NCBI RefSeq assembly: GCF_030144855.1
Contig: NC_082733.1
Coordinates: forward strand, 36,518,001-36,582,000
Direction: 5' to 3'
DNA: 64,000 bases
DNA from: Hypanus sabinus
Taxonomy: Eukaryota
The notes below the pieces were generated by a model, which searched no databases, was not told where the DNA came from, and saw nothing but the letters and a program-made list of their open reading frames with translations. The position numbers and the translations under genes are program-made. Of this stretch, positions 1-13,740 are shown piece by piece (the first letter of the stretch is position 1; every line of letters begins with the position of its first letter).

Positions 1-580
1 AAAGAGGGTAAAATAGTGAAGTGGTGTTCATGGACCATTTAGAAATATGACGACGGAGGGGGACGTTTTTTAGGCTCCTGTAGCTCCTCCTTGATGGTAG
101 CAATGAGGGGAGTGCATGCCTTGGCTTCTTAATGACACTGCCTTATTCTTAAGCACCACCTTTTGAAGATGGTGAGGATGAAGATGTCCTTGATGGTGAG
201 GAGGTGAGGTGCCCATGATGGAGCTGGTTGAGTTACAACCCTCTGCAGATCTTATAGATCCTGTGCATTGGCCCCTCCATTCTAGACAGTGTTGCAACTA
301 GTTAGCATGCTCTCCTCAGAATATCTGTGGAAGTTTCTTTGTAATTGCACTGATATGTTGGACCCTGGATAAATTCTTAGAGATGTTGACACCCAGGAAC
401 TCGAAACTGTTCACCCTTTCCACTTCTGATCCCTCGATGAGGACTGGTGTGTGTACGCTCGACTTCCTCTTTCTAAATTCCGCAGTCAGTTTCTTGTTCT
501 TGCTGACGTTGAGTGCCAGGTTGCTGTTGCAACACCGTGCAACAAGCCGATCTATATCACTTCTGTACACCATCTGATCT
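1..580 (-). mobile_element. Rex1/Babar-type non-LTR retrotransposon fragment (RT C-terminal region), decayed
   Basis: ORF 316..573(-) reads YRSDIDRLVARCCNSNLALNVSKNKKLTAEFRK...VERVNSFEFLGVNISKNL, the post-YADD region typical of Rex1-type RT. Confidence 0.8.
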
Positions 581-729
581 TATCTTGATATTGTAAAAGT
601 TGATGTGAAGTTGGACTTTATCCTGTTGCATCAAAAATGAATTTTACTTAATTGATTTGGCAGTGCTTGAGCCTGTGCCGCAAGCCAGTGGAATAGTTTT
701 AATTTAGCATGCGAAGGAGAATGGCAAAT

Positions 730-1630
730 GTTAACTGTACCGGGTTTTGAGACCACAGCTAGACTTCTGGATGCAGCTTTGCTGTGCTTATTCAAGGAAA
801 CATAATCTCTGCTACTTCACTTCTAAGAATCTCTGGATCAGTTCCTGAGGTGACAGGTACGTTATTTCATTTCATTGCTGAGTGGGTAGTTGTTACAAAG
901 CTATTACTTTCTGCTTCTGGTGAAGCCTTAACATGGAGGATGAGGATGGAGCATTAGGAGTAAGAGCTGGCCACTGGATATTATCAGAAGGAGTTTCTCC
1001 TGAGGTTTTTGAAGCTTTGAAATTCTAAGGCCATACAACATAAGAGCAGAATTAGACCATGTGGCCCATCGTGTCTGCTCTGTCATTTGATCATAACTGG
1101 TTTATTATTGTCACTCAACCCCATTTTCTTGCCTTCTCACTGTAAGCTTTAACCCTATTATTGGTGAGTTGCTTATCAGACAATTGTTTAACATGCATAA
1201 GCGTGTCCTTCCTAATAAAGAACCTATCAACCTCCGATTTAAATATACCCAATGACTTGTCATAAACCCACTGCTGTCTTTGGCAATCAATTCCACAGAT
1301 TCACCATCCTTTGGCTAAAGAAATTTCTTTCGTCTCTATTTAGAAGGGATGTCCTATTTTGAGGTTGTGCCCTCTGGTCCTAGACTGCCTCACTGTAGGA
1401 AATATTTTCTCAACTTCAACTCTATCTTGGACTTTCAGTATTCAATATACAACCAGCAATCAATCATTATGTAAACTCAAAAATTCAAAAAATTTTGGCC
1501 TGAAAGGTAGACAATGGGTTTGGCTATTGAGTGGGATACTGGAGTCAAAAGTGGCCGGTGATCAGATCATTTATTACCTTATTGAATGGTGGTGTTTGCT
1601 TGAGGGGCAACATAGTTTGCTCTTGTACTT
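730..1630 (+). mobile_element. Highly decayed CR1 LINE 3' region, interrupted by a nested CR1 on the opposite strand
   Basis: 735-860 resembles the LVRPHLEYCVQFW region; 1500-1630 resembles the CR1 3' UTR (ttattgaatggtgg...ttgaggggc). Confidence 0.5.
1030..1445 (-). mobile_element. CR1 LINE 3' end
   Basis: Starts with the reverse-complement CR1 tail (cataagagcagaattagacc...); downstream similar to 25471-25850. Confidence 0.75.
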
Positions 1631-2671
1631 CTGCAGATTAAGTTCCACTATGCCTGTAGTTGTCACATGCTCCCATCTGTCAAAGCAGCAGAGTGAGAGT
1701 TGCCTTCTCAAGAGCCTGAATCCTTGTCTCCAAGTGAAGAGGCAAGTTTAAAAACCCAGCTGGGCCGTGTATATGAAGTGGTCATTCAAGTCATTACACA
1801 AGCAAAATACTATGAAAATCTAAACCGGGGGAATAGTCTTCTTCCTCTGCCGTGACAGAACTTGAGAACATCTGTGACCTTTTAAGGGAACTCTTATAAA
1901 TTATAATGAGTTATCATCTGCGCTTCCAAATTGTGTTCTCGGATTGCAGAATTTGGTTTGTATTTGGCTCCATGATTTGAGGCTGTGTGTTATGTAAATG
2001 AATCTTGACCTGAGTAACAGGATGAGATCAGTTGGAATAATGAGGACCAGCTGATATAGCTATCGTCTAATGCTTTCTTCTACAGTAGTCCTGTGATTAT
2101 ATTTCTGCAATAAGTTAGGAGATTTAAGCTTTTGATTATATTTTCCATTTCTTAATTGGCCTGTGGGATTTTTCTGTTCTTTGGACTTTGTGCTTTAATG
2201 CGTTCGTGGACAAGGCAGTGAAGAGCTCTGCCCAAGTGCGGGTGCCACGTGTAGGCCGAGAGTTGGTATTGTTCATTTCTAAAATGATAATGTGTTAATC
2301 CACTGTCTCACTACAGCACGCAGTGGGAATGTGGTTCTATTAAATGTCTGACCCGGAGGGGGTGTGCATATATTGACTGGTTTACCAATGTAATTTTTGT
2401 TGGCATCTTCCTAAAAGACTTTATTGATTTGGAGATAATTATTTAATCTGTCGGGCAGATTAAATGGAAGAAAATGCCCTGAACAGCCCAGTGCTGAGGC
2501 TAGCACATTGCAACTTTTGAGTTTTTTCCAAAAAAGCAAAACAATTTTAAGCAATGTGTGGACCAGTGTAAAAGATTCTTGTTTAAAATATTACTGCTGT
2601 CCAGAATCCTGGGTTAAGCTTTGTTTGATTATTGAAACTGGATTGTTTCAATCTATTTGCTGTGTCAGTGG

Positions 2672-2965
2672 AAGAGGCAGTGTCCATCACCCAGGTTATG
2701 TCTTGTTCTCATTGCCTCCATCAGGAAGGGGGTAACAAGTGTGAAGGCACACACTTAACAATTCATGAACAGTTTCTTCCCCTCTGTCATCAGGTTTCTG
2801 AATGGACATTGAACCTGTGAACACTACCTCAATACTTTAATTTCCATTTTTGCAATACTTATTTAATTTGCCTATCTTCTATTATTATGTATTGCATTGT
2901 ACTGCTGCTACAAAGTCAACAAAGTTCATGATGTTTTTAGTGATATTAAACCTGATTCTGATTTG
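2672..2965 (+). mobile_element. Rex1-type LINE 3' end and tail
   Basis: HHPGYVLFSLPPSGR motif followed by tail ending gatattaaacctgattctgatt; same as 24361-24637 and 55120-55370. Confidence 0.75.
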
Positions 2966-3447
2966 GGAAAAATCCGATAATGATGCATGGTATGGTTTGA
3001 GTGTCTGAGAAATGTTTATGCAGTTCCTAATAAATGGTTGCCCATGTACAAGAACCTGAGCCCATACTGAGATGAGATGGCTGCAAAACTAGTCAGACTC
3101 TGTTTTATGGGGCTAGAAAAAAAATGGATATTTTCCCCCCTGTAGGGTGCAATCAGTTTTTCTAAAGGACCATCTTTCATTTCTGTCTGACACTGGAACC
3201 TTACCTTTTTTCCTTGTTATACTGTGTTTGAATTGATCGGAGCAGCTCAGCGTTGAGTGTGTTTGGTGCTTAGTGTTGTCTGATCTTGGCAGCAGAGCTG
3301 TACTTTTGCTGAAGGATGGCCCCCGTGAATTCTCCTGCGGGAGAGCTGTTCTTTTATTGAACTGTCTTTGCAGTGTGCAGTGGCTTTCAAAAGTGGCACA
3401 ACTTGTTAATTCCACAGCCTGTCTGCATTAACTTGCACAATAAACTT

Positions 3448-3697
3448 AAAGTAGCATACAGGAAAGTGCAGGACGAGCTCAGTAAGCCAGGCAACATCTA
3501 GGGAAATTGATGGAACAGTTTTTGGAACAGTTGACATTTTGAGCCAAGGCCCTTCATGAGTCCTGATGAAGGGTCTGTGTGCCTGAAACGTTGACTGTTT
3601 ACTCTTTTCCATAGATGCTGCCTGGCCTGCTGATTTACTCCAACATTTTGTAGATTTGACTTTGGATTTCCAGCATCTGCAGATTTTCTTGTGTTTG
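3448..3697. mobile_element. Palindromic Penelope-like (PLE) 3'-end/pseudo-LTR derivative
   Basis: Inverted arms around 3550-3570; 14-bp TSD TGCACAATAA(A/T)CTT at 3434-3447 and 3698-3711. Confidence 0.75.
3559..3596 (+). ncRNA. Minimal type-I hammerhead ribozyme motif (PLE-associated)
   Basis: AGTC-CTGATGA-AGGGTCTGTGTGCCT-GAAA-CGTT-GACT: stem I AGTC/GACT, intact core boxes, palindromic ACGT stem III, GUU site. Confidence 0.65.
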
Positions 3698-3824
3698 TGC
3701 ACAATAATCTTGTTATAATATAGAAAGCCGGTAGTTGTGAAGACTACCTTACAAAATCCACTCTGGAGCCTCGGGTTGATGCTGGTGTGTATGGTCGGAG
3801 TAAACACCAGATATTGAGAGTTAG

Positions 3825-4215
3825 AAAATTAGAGCAGTACAGCAAAGTGTAGGCCCTTTGGCCGACATTGTGCTGATCTTTTAACTTACTTCAAGATCAA
3901 TCTAATCCTTCCCTCCCACATACCACTCAAATTTTTTTTAAAAATTCACGTGTTTATCTCAGAATCTCTTAAATTTTCCTTTTATTAAAAAAAAATCTTA
4001 CCTCTGACATCCCCCATGTATTTTTTCCAACCACCTTAAAATTATGCTCTCTCATACTATTTCTGCCCTGTGGAAAAGATGCTTCCTATTAATGCCTCAT
4101 CTTATCAAGTTGCCCCTCATCCTCCATTCCAAAGAGGAAAGTCCGAGCTCGCTTGACCTTCACTCATAAAACATGCTCTCCAAACTAGACAGTGCCAATG
4201 CACCTCTCCGTAATC
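3825..4215 (-). mobile_element. Decayed CR1 LINE 3' fragment
   Basis: Reverse-complement CR1 tail (gtacagc...aggccctttggcc) and 3' ORF2 remnants. Confidence 0.65.
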
Positions 4216-4319
4216 AAAGTTCAAAGTAAATTTATTATCAAAGTGTGTCACGATATATGTCATGATATACTACCTCGAGATTCATGTTTTTGCAGGCATC
4301 TCCACCTCTTATTGCCTCA

Positions 4320-4915
4320 TGAGGACTGGCTCGTGGACTTCCAGCTTCCTCCTCCTGTAGTCGGTAGTCAGTACTTCAGCTTTGCTGATGTCTCCTTCCT
4401 GTATACTGATTTGTCACCACCTTTGATGTGGCCAACTACAGTGGTGTTGTCAACAGGCTTGAATATGGCTTTGGAGCTGTACTTATCTCAGTCTTGAGTC
4501 TATAAAGTGAGTAGAACAGGGGGCTAAACACACTATCTAGTATTGCACCTTTGCTGTTGGTGACTATGGAGGAGATGTTGTCAATCCAGACTGGCTAGGG
4601 TCTGCAAGGGAGAAAATCAAGAATCCAGTTGTACAAGGAGGTATTGAGGCCAGGGACTTGGAGCTTAGTGATTGGTTTTGAGGGAATGATAGCATTGAAT
4701 GCAGAGCTGTGGTCAATGAAGAACATCCTGATGTATGCATCTTTGCTGTCCAGATGTTCCAGTGTTGATTGAAGAGCTAATGAAATGGCACCTGCTGTCG
4801 ACCTGTTGCGACAGTTGGCAAATTGGGGCGGATTCAAGTCTCTCCTCAAGCAGGAATTGATATTCTTCGTCACCAACCTCTCAAGGCACTAGATCAGACT
4901 AGATGTTAGTACTAC
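4320..4915 (-). mobile_element. Rex1/Babar RT-domain fragment
   Basis: ORF 4595..4876(-): QFANCRNRST...HLDSKDAYIRMFFIDHSSAFNAIIPSKPITKL...LYNWILDFL, the Rex1 RT signature. Confidence 0.85.
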
Positions 4916-5506
4916 TGAATGATAGATGACCTGAACTCTGCACAATACCCCAAGTGTGGTTTGTAACTCTTGTTTTGTTCCTCCTTAAGGATGCAAACAG
5001 TCACCTCTGCTTCCACCGCAGTACAGGAGAATGGGAATACATTTGCAGTAACTGGGGTCTGAGCTTTCAAATAGTAGATGAAGCCCGAACAGATGGATTG
5101 CATCTGTTGTGCAGAGCTTTGCATGGTTCTGGTGCAATGAGATAGATGTTCACCTTTTCTCAAATATCTGGAGAACTGCAACATCAGGACTCTACCATGA
5201 GATGATGTTGACTTCACTTCATTCTGCATTGGGCTGTCACTGCATTGGTGCCAAGTGGTGTTTCCGTGGACAGAGAGCACAGTACATGGTGGTGCAGTAT
5301 TCCCTGGCGACCGTAAGCATCAAAGTTCAAAATAAACTTATTTATCAAAGTATGTATAGGTCATCATAGAGTGTACTGAGATTAACTTTCTTGCAGGCAT
5401 TCACAGCAGAAATAAGAAATGTGATAGAAAAATGACAAAACTGCATACAAAGACTGAGAAACAATCCGGGTGTAAAATAAATCAAGCTGCAAATACAATT
5501 AACACC

Positions 5507-5755
5507 GGTTTCTCAAACTTCTGGTAATGCCCCCACCCCCCTCTATTCCCCATCCCCTTTTTATCTCCTTGCCTGCCCAACATCTCCCTCTGGTGTTCCT
5601 CTCCCCTTTTCTTTCTTCCATGGCCTTCTGTGCTCTCCTCTCCTGATAGATTCCCCCTTCTCCAGCCCTGTCTCTCTTTCACCATCGACTTCCCAGCTCT
5701 TCACTTCACACCTCACCCCTCCCAGTTTCACCTGTTGCCTTGTGTTTCTTTCTCA
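5507..5755 (+). mobile_element. Penelope-like element 3' UTR fragment
   Basis: FSNFW* ORF end followed by the pyrimidine-rich tract also seen at 35150-35450. Confidence 0.6.
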
Positions 5756-6619
5756 AGCTAACTCTCACTCTACTCAAACCTCCAGATTTCTGTAGGCCTA
5801 CCAACTTTGTCTTCTCTATTACTCTTTTGCCCTTGCCTCCACGAATCAATGCTGCTCATCTCGCTCATCCAGTGTTGGTGTATTCAATATTCCAGACTCT
5901 TGGGAGGTTTCTTAATTTCCCACACAAAATCACTCATTTCTGCTGAATCCTGTTGCTTTGCATTTACTCAAAAACTTGTATTATATAAATAATATACTGT
6001 AAGTGAACAATTTTGCAATTTTCCAAGTCATTAACCAAAACTGAATGTGTTCAATGTATCTTCCCTGCATTTCAGTTTTCCAAATTAATCCCAGTATACT
6101 TGGCTAGCTCTGTTTTTAAGTCGTTCATGGCGAATTCTTGTTCTTCTGCACTCCAGGAGTCCCAGGCTTCCCTTGTTCCTTAGCTTGTTAAGTAAGTATT
6201 TGTGGTTCTGGTTATCTACACTGCAGTTCATTCAACAGTAACACACACCCAGTCCACAATCTTCTGTTACCTTCTCGAGCTTGATAATAGCTGTGCTTCC
6301 CAATTTCAATGCGAATGTTGTTATTCGAACATGGAACATTACAGCACAGTACAAGCCCTTTGGCCCATGATGTTGTGATAGCCTTTTAAGCTACTCCAAA
6401 ATCAATCTAGCCCTTCCCTCATACATAGCATTCATTTTTTTTATCATCCTTGTGTCAATTTAAGATTTTCTTAACTATCTCTAATGTATCTGCCTCTACC
6501 ATGCATTCATCACTCTGAGTATCAGAAATGTTGTTATTGTCATTGGGATTTCTGTACTTAACACACTGCACTGTGAAGATGCAGTTGTTGAATAATCAAT
6601 TCCTATAGAACACCTCTAG

Positions 6620-6978
6620 TAGCAGTAGTGCAATCTCTTGAGTCGAGTATGATGTTCTCTTGAGGGGTTATTCCCTTAAAGGAGAATGCCTGTACGTGAC
6701 TTTGTATAATGTGGGGAGGCTGATGAAGGTGCAGCCACCACGTGCTTCTTGAGATTGGGGTCAGGGTCCTATGGCATGGAGTGCAGGATAACTGGGGGAC
6801 CTTTCACTGCTGCAGCCTTCCTCAACCTTTACTGCGGTTGTGATGTCATCATCTTCCACCCACTCCACCACTGAGGTCTTGATTGGATCGCTGTTTGTCT
6901 GGAAATGCCCCCTGTGATCTTACGACCATGGGTGACTGTATCAGGAGCTAGGCTCCAGATGGTTTTGCTCTCTGGATA
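6620..6978 (-). mobile_element. RTE (Expander/Rex3-like) 5'UTR-derived non-autonomous element
   Basis: Reverse complement has gctcctgatacagtcacccatggtc...ccagacaaacag, a variant of the GGTAGGGTCACCCATGGC 5'UTR motif at 27900 and 54750. Confidence 0.5.
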
Positions 6979-6984
6979 GAGTCA

Positions 6985-8350
6985 TAGAACACTATTGTGC
7001 AGAATAGTCCATCTAGTCCATGCTAAACCATTAATCTACCTAGGCCCAGTGACCTACACCCAGACCATAGCCCTCCATCCATGTACCTTTCCAAATTTCT
7101 CCCAAATGTTGGAATCAAGCCCACATCCACCACTTCTGCTGGCAGCACATTCTACACACTCACCACCCCCGAGTGAATAAATTCCCCTCATGTTCCCCAT
7201 AAGCATTTCACCTTTCAACTCACCCCACCTCAGTGGAAAAATTCTGCTTGCATTGACCCAGTGTATTCCCCTCATACTTTTGTGTATCTCGATCAAATCA
7301 CCCCTGAATTTTCAATGTTGTAGGGAATAAAGTCCTAACCTATTCACCCTTTCCCTATAACTCAGGTCCTTAAGTCTCAGCTACTTCCTTGTAAATTTTC
7401 TCTGCATTTCTTCAGTCTTATTTTCATTCCTCAAGGTAGGTCACCAAAGGTGCACACAGTACTCCAAATTACACTTCACCAATGTCTTATACAATCGCAA
7501 CATAACACCCCAACTTCTGTACTCGAATATTGATTTATGAAAACCAATGTGCTAAAACATTTCTTTACGATCCTATCTACCTGTGACACCGCTTTCAATG
7601 AGTTATGGACCTGTATTCCCAGATCCCTTTGCTCTGCCGCATTCCTCAGTGCCCTGACGATGACCATGTAAGGTCTATGCTGGTTGGTCCTCCCCCCCCC
7701 AGCATCTCACACTTGTCAGCATCAAATTCCATCTGCCATTTTCCAACCTATTTCACCAGCTGGTCCAGATCCCACTGCGAGCTCTGATGGTCTTCCTCAC
7801 TGTCCGCTACACCCCCCAGTCTTGGTGTCATCCGCAAATTTGCTGATCCAGTTTGCCACATTAATCATCCAGATCGTTTAATAGATGACGGACAGCAACA
7901 GACCCAACACTGTCTCCTGCGGCACGCCACTGGTCGCAGGCCTCCAGTCAGAGTGGCAACCATTTAACACTTTCTGGCTTCTCCTGTGAAGCCAATATCT
8001 GATCCAATTTACTATCTCATCTGGAATGTCAAGCGACTGAACCTTGACCAACCTCCCATGTGAGGCCTTGCTAAAGCCCATGTAGACAACATCCACTGCT
8101 TCATTAATTCTCCTGGTAATTTCCTCAAAAAACTCTTAAGTTTGGTTGGACGTGGCTTGCCATGTTGACTATCTGTAATCAGTCTCTGTGTATCCAAATA
8201 TTTCTATATCCGGTCCCTTAGTATATCTACCAATAACTTTCCTACTACCGACATCAGGCTCACTGGCCTATAATTTCCTAGCATATTCTTGGAGCCTTTC
8301 TGAAACAATGGAGCAACTTTAGTTATCCTCCAATTCTCTGGCACCTCTGT
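6985..8350 (-). mobile_element. Decayed CR1 LINE (RT plus 3' end)
   Basis: ORF pieces VPENWRITKVAPLFQKG...NYRPVSLMSVVGKLL, DVVYMGFSKA, SGVPQETVLG, EQRDLGIQVHNSLK; multiple frameshifts. Confidence 0.85.
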
Positions 8351-8724
8351 GATGTTCGCTGCTTTCTGATGGGCATATTTAGCAGCAAAAGGTTGTCTGT
8401 AGTCAGCATGTGGTGCAATATGAGAGCCACAAGCCACAGGCATTTATTTATTTCTTCTATTGTTCTCCATCTGTGTTCTACAGCCGAGCTCGCACTTCTG
8501 GTATGTTTTTTGGTGCTAAACCCAATTAGCTTTGTCTGAAGATGAAAAGCAAAACTGCAGCTGCTAGCTTACATGATATTAATTAGAGAGCAGGAGCTGA
8601 GTCATACTGTCACTTCTGTGTTGTCCCTTGCAAGGACGAGACATTTAATTGTGGTTGGATTGCCAAAAGTTAAATTTCATCCATAAGGTGACACTTTGGA
8701 GCTGAAAGTCATAAACAGTAGATT

Positions 8725-9205
8725 CTGCTGTTGCTGGGTATGTTGAGCAGTGCAAAAACTGTTGGAGAAACTCAACAAGTTGGGCAGCATCTATGGAGGG
8801 GAGTGGACAGTTGATGTTTCAGGTTGGGACTTTTCATCAGGACTGACTGAAGGGTTTTTATCCAGGCCTGATCAAGAATCATGACCCTGAGACATTGACA
8901 GCTCACACAGCAGGTAAGGCAACTTTTCTAGGTGGGAATAAACAGTCGCTTCATCACGTTGAGACCTTCATCAAAACTGGAGGGGAAGGGAGATAGAAGC
9001 CAGAATAAAAAGGTGACTGGGAGAAGTACAAGATGGAAGGTGATAGGTTAGGTGGGTGAGAGAGGTGTGAAGTAAATTAAAAAGCTGAAAGGTGATAGGA
9101 GTAAGAGGGAAAAGGCTGAAGAAATCTAATAGGGGAGGGCAGTGGGCCATGTTACAAGGAGGTGGGGAATCAGAGGAAGATGATGAGAAGAGAAAGGGTA
9201 AATAG
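8725..9205 (-). mobile_element. Penelope-like 3' fragments with degenerate hammerhead (8808-8845)
   Basis: Reverse complement cagtcctgatgaaaagtcccaacctgaaacatcaactg, plus purine-rich complement of the PLE pyrimidine tract. Confidence 0.6.
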
Positions 9206-10656
9206 GTAAATTTGTGGATGACACCAAGATTGGGGAGTGTAGCGGACAGTGATAGAAATAGTTATTGTGCGGTAATTCGCAGTTGATGTGAACTCTTTCT
9301 GAAATGTCGAATGGCTTTATCCACTGGATATCCATTTGATTTTGTGGGTTGCATGTATTGAACTAGAATATATTACACATCAACTTTTAATACTGCCCCA
9401 CTTTGGAACACGGCGCTTCCTGAAATAATAGTACGTTACTCAACTTGATAACATTCCAGGGTGCTTTGTGGCTCCAGAAGATTTTTCCTGTGACATGATA
9501 GACGATTTATAATGTAGCCAGAGATTTGTTTTGATGTCCCTGAAACATTGACGTATCAAATTCTACCGTTCTTACTCCTGCGTGAATATGTGTTTCCAAG
9601 AGCTCCTTTACTGTCTACAGTTCTTGGTAACTTGGAACCAAATGCTGCTGCACAGTGCAAACGTGGACCTTAAGCAGAAGATTGAGAAGAGGTGATTTAG
9701 TAACATTGATGCAGGGTCTGCAACGCTGGATTTTTGTTAGCTCACTCTGCTGATTTATCAGATTTGCCAGCTCCATTGTGTTTCAAAGAATTTTGTAGCT
9801 TTTTGGATCAAAGTGCATATATCACAGTCTGCATGGATGTTGGTAGCCTGGGCGATTGACTCATTGCATTCCTCCCTTATGTTACTCAGAAACTTGTGAA
9901 TAACATGTCTTGGAAGAGCTGATTTTGTTTGGTCAAAGATACTGAGAAGGTGGCTGGTTGGAAAGGATATATGAACTTTGTTTTTTTGCCAAATTTGAGG
10001 GGGTGGGTTGGGATTTGATATCTGTAATTTGGTGAACTTCACAAATAACTCGATTTGAATTTGGCCAATACATCACTAAAACTAATGAATGTGAAGATTA
10101 GAATGTAAACCGGCTCCAAGGCCAATGCATCTCACTGACTGCCCAGCCAAGGTAGTGTTGCATTGGTAGTAGAGCCATTACTGCAGAAAACAAGTTGAAT
10201 GTGGCCAAGCCCACAGGTCCTGGGCAAAGTTTGCCCAGCAGTAAGAACCAATAAATTGTAGGCTATTATGTGCATAATTGTTTGGGTTAGACTGTGAATA
10301 AGTCCAGAGTCCATTGATCTGGACAAATTCCAAATTGAGCCTTCAAGTTATCCACTCAACCTCATTCATCCTGTCACTGACTGTTCTCACAACCTATGGG
10401 CTTACTTTAGAGGTCCCTTCATCTTATGTTTTTGGTATTTATTGCTTATTTATTTATTATAACAGTTTCCTTTTGCTCAGTTTGTTGTCTTTTGAATAGT
10501 GGTTGTTTGTCTTGTTCGGTGTGGTCTTTCATTGATTCTATTGTGCTTCTTTGTATCAGTTATGAATGCCTGCAAGAAAATCAATCTCAGGGTTGTATGT
10601 GCTGACATGTATGAACTTTGATACTAAATTTACTTTAAGCAGATTATTAGGGAGTA

Positions 10657-10800
10657 ACAAATAATAAAAACGCAGAAGTCTGCAGATGCTTGAAATCCAA
10701 AGCCCCACACACAAAATGCTGGAGGTTCTCAGCAGATCAGGCAGCATCAATGGAAATGAATAAACAGTCAATGTTTCAGGCCACGACCCTCCTTCAGGAC
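10657..10800 (-). mobile_element. PLE terminal fragment with mutated hammerhead
   Basis: ctgcagatgct...aaaatgctggagg...gcagcatc...gtttcagg...ttcaggac; approximate 13-bp TSD ttattagggagta/ttactggggagta. Confidence 0.65.
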
Positions 10801-13479
10801 TTACTGGGGAGTAGTTGCATTAGAGACATCTTCCATGAGAAAATAGTGGAAAGGAATCTTCAGCATCCATCTGATTTATCTAAACAGAGCTGTAGTTCTT
10901 GAAGCTTTGCTGCATGCTTAAGTGCTCGGTAGGAGTGCCGATACTTTGTTTTTGCTGGTGAGGGAATGTTGGGGGGGAGGGGGGGTTATTGCTTTGCTCC
11001 TGCTTGTGGATGGGGGGATTTCGGGGGTCTTTGAGGTTCTAACATTTTACTGTCATTCATTCTTTGGGGCACTCCTCTGTTTTCGTGGATGTTTGTGAAG
11101 GAAAAGAACTTCATGATGTATATTGTGTACATTTCTCTGACGTTAAAATTACCTATTGAAACTGGATTTTAATATCTCACCCAATAAATGAAGTTCTTGA
11201 CAGTTCAACTTGCTCTCTGCCTTGTGGATGCATTCTGAAAAATATATTAACTACAACTAAAACAAATCAAATGTTTATTTTTGTTGATGGAAATGGGCAA
11301 TTTATTTGAAAATGTCTGTGATCTGCTACTGCCAGATATCAAATACAAGTTTGTTGTCTCTCAACATTGTGGTAGTCTCTTGGGGACTGGGCCATATATC
11401 TGGTGGCTGTCTGCCTGAAGAATAAGCACGACTCACTGCCTGGTTGCATAATGTTCCAATGGTTATTGCTTGGCAGCACTTGGGACTCCTGTAGATTCTG
11501 TTTTTATTCAGATAGATTAAAGTTTTGCCAAGTACGTGCAAGAGACTTGCTGGAGAATCCTGAACGTTGGCACCACAAGAATGTAAGAAATGGAAAGAGT
11601 AGTGGCCCATTTGATCCCTAGTGGCTGCCCTGCTTTTTAAAAAGTTTCTGGATATTCCTTCAATCTCTTGCAATGGCTGTAAATGGCTTGCTTCTGTTGA
11701 TATTCAAAAATCTAGCCATCTCTAGGTTGAGCGTACTTTATTATCAAGGCAGTGCAGATCTCTCGGGTAGGACTGCAGATATTCATGATCAAAGTATATG
11801 TTCAGAATACACCTCTGAGATTTGTCCTCCTGCAGACAGCCATGAAAGAAGCACTGATATTTCAAATCATGGAACCCTTTTAAAGAAGGCATCAAACACT
11901 CACTGGGTGGAAAAAGAACAAATTTCGCAAATGGCAGAAAGTGAGTGAACAGCACATTGTATATCAAGCAAGAAACCAGGGGCATTCAGTTTATTTCAGT
12001 TAATTCGGTGCTGTGTCTCTAGCCGACTGCAGGCCACAGAGCCAGTCTTTGCTGAAGTGCCTTGATCAAACCACTCAAAAACAGCGGGGGAGAAAAAGTA
12101 AGCAGAATTCAGAAAGGCATGCAACATGAACCTTAATGTCCCCCGAGATGAGTCCACAACCACGAACCTCGCTGATCAATCCTTGCAATGTGGAATCCAA
12201 GACTCATGTACTTTCCTTTGACAGCAGCTCACGAGATTCCAGAAGATCCTTCCTTGGATGTGTACACAGTACTCCAAAAGTGGTTTCACTGGGTTTCCCT
12301 ATGGTTGGAGCAAGGCATCTCTACACCTGAATTCTAATCTTCTTGCAATGAAAGGCAAGATACTGTTTGCCTTCTTAATTGCTTACTAAGATGGTGTATT
12401 CAGTTTTATTGATCTGCTAACAAGCCTCCGTGATGAACACTGACACCTTTCAGTTCTGCATTCCATTTCCGTTTAAGATGGTACTACCTAATGATTTGAG
12501 CAATAACTTGCTGGTGGCCAATGAAACAAAAAAGCATCTAAATGCTTTGTTATTCACACCTTTTCTGGAAACTGATCACTGCAAACAGTGGCCTGTGGTT
12601 TCCCTGTAAGAGCTGAGTAGAATCGCTTGTATGATCTGGCATTTGTGTGGTGTGACTGGGGCAGGATGGTTGTAGCACATCCAGGCTGGAATTGCTGGAG
12701 TAGACTTGGTGACATTTCGATGCGGCGCAGCGGAGGCAAGTTGCGGAAAGATCTAAGGTTTGATTGATTTGAGAGCCGAATCATATGGAAAGAGTAGGTA
12801 ATTCGATGCAGCAGAGAAGTGAGGAAAGATCCAAGGTTTGTTTGACTTACGAGCAACCAAATTGGAAAGGTTGGGTATTTAGACTTGTTGAGGCAAATGA
12901 ACCTGAGGACGAGGAACAACCCCAAGTTTGGATGATACAAGAGCCAGGCCAGATTGAAGTGGTCAGGGTGTCGGGGTCAGAGGTGAGAAGCAGGCTGGTT
13001 TGACTTGTTGCTCTGCAAGGTTTGCTCCCCTCTGTGCTGGACTAAGGCCTTCAGAATCCACTTCGGTGGACTTTTGAGTCGTCTACCCTGGTGCCTGATA
13101 TTGTGAACTTCAGTTCTCAATGCTGTTTGCTTACTTTATTTGCACGATTTGTTTCTTTTCTCTCAGCATATTGGGTGCTTGATGGTCTTTTGTTTCTAAT
13201 GGGTTCTATTTGGGTTCTTTGTTTCATGGCTGCCTGTAAGGAGACAAATCAAAAGTTGTATAAAGTACACAAACTTTGATAATAAATGTACTTTTCTGTA
13301 TAAAAGACCAAGTCCCTTTTCTCTCTCGCATCTCCAATAGCAAGGAGCTCTATCATTCATTATCCAACATTGTGAAGATGGCTTATTTCATGGGTGTGAA
13401 TACAGGAGTGGCATGGTGCGCACTGTGGATGTTTCTTTCGGGAAATGTGGTGAGCTCAAGCAACCTGCCATCAGACTAT

Positions 13480-13740
13480 GGTTTGAGTCTTTAAGCATGA
13501 TTTCAAATGCCACTGCCACAATCACACTGCAGACCTGAGGGTCACCACTAAACAGCCACTTGACTGGGTTCACCCCAAGTACTGTGGTTACAAGAGCGGG
13601 TGAGAAGCTATGTAAGCAATGACAAATGACACCCCAAAGCCTCTCCACCATTCACAGGTCACACGTGTTTGATGGGATCCATTCTACTTCCCTGGATGTG
13701 GAAACTCCCAATGATTCTCATGAAGCTTGACAGCATAGTT
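13480..13740 (+). mobile_element. Old L2/Crack-type LINE fragment
   Basis: actgtggttacaagagcgggt...ccccaaagcctctccaccatt...aagcttgacagcat resembles a common elasmobranch LINE RT tail; heavily decayed. Confidence 0.4.

Noticed and set aside
6135-6200. Possible 35-nt exon ending at gtaagt
   Set aside because: Stops in two frames, no homology; consistent with a chance pseudo-exon
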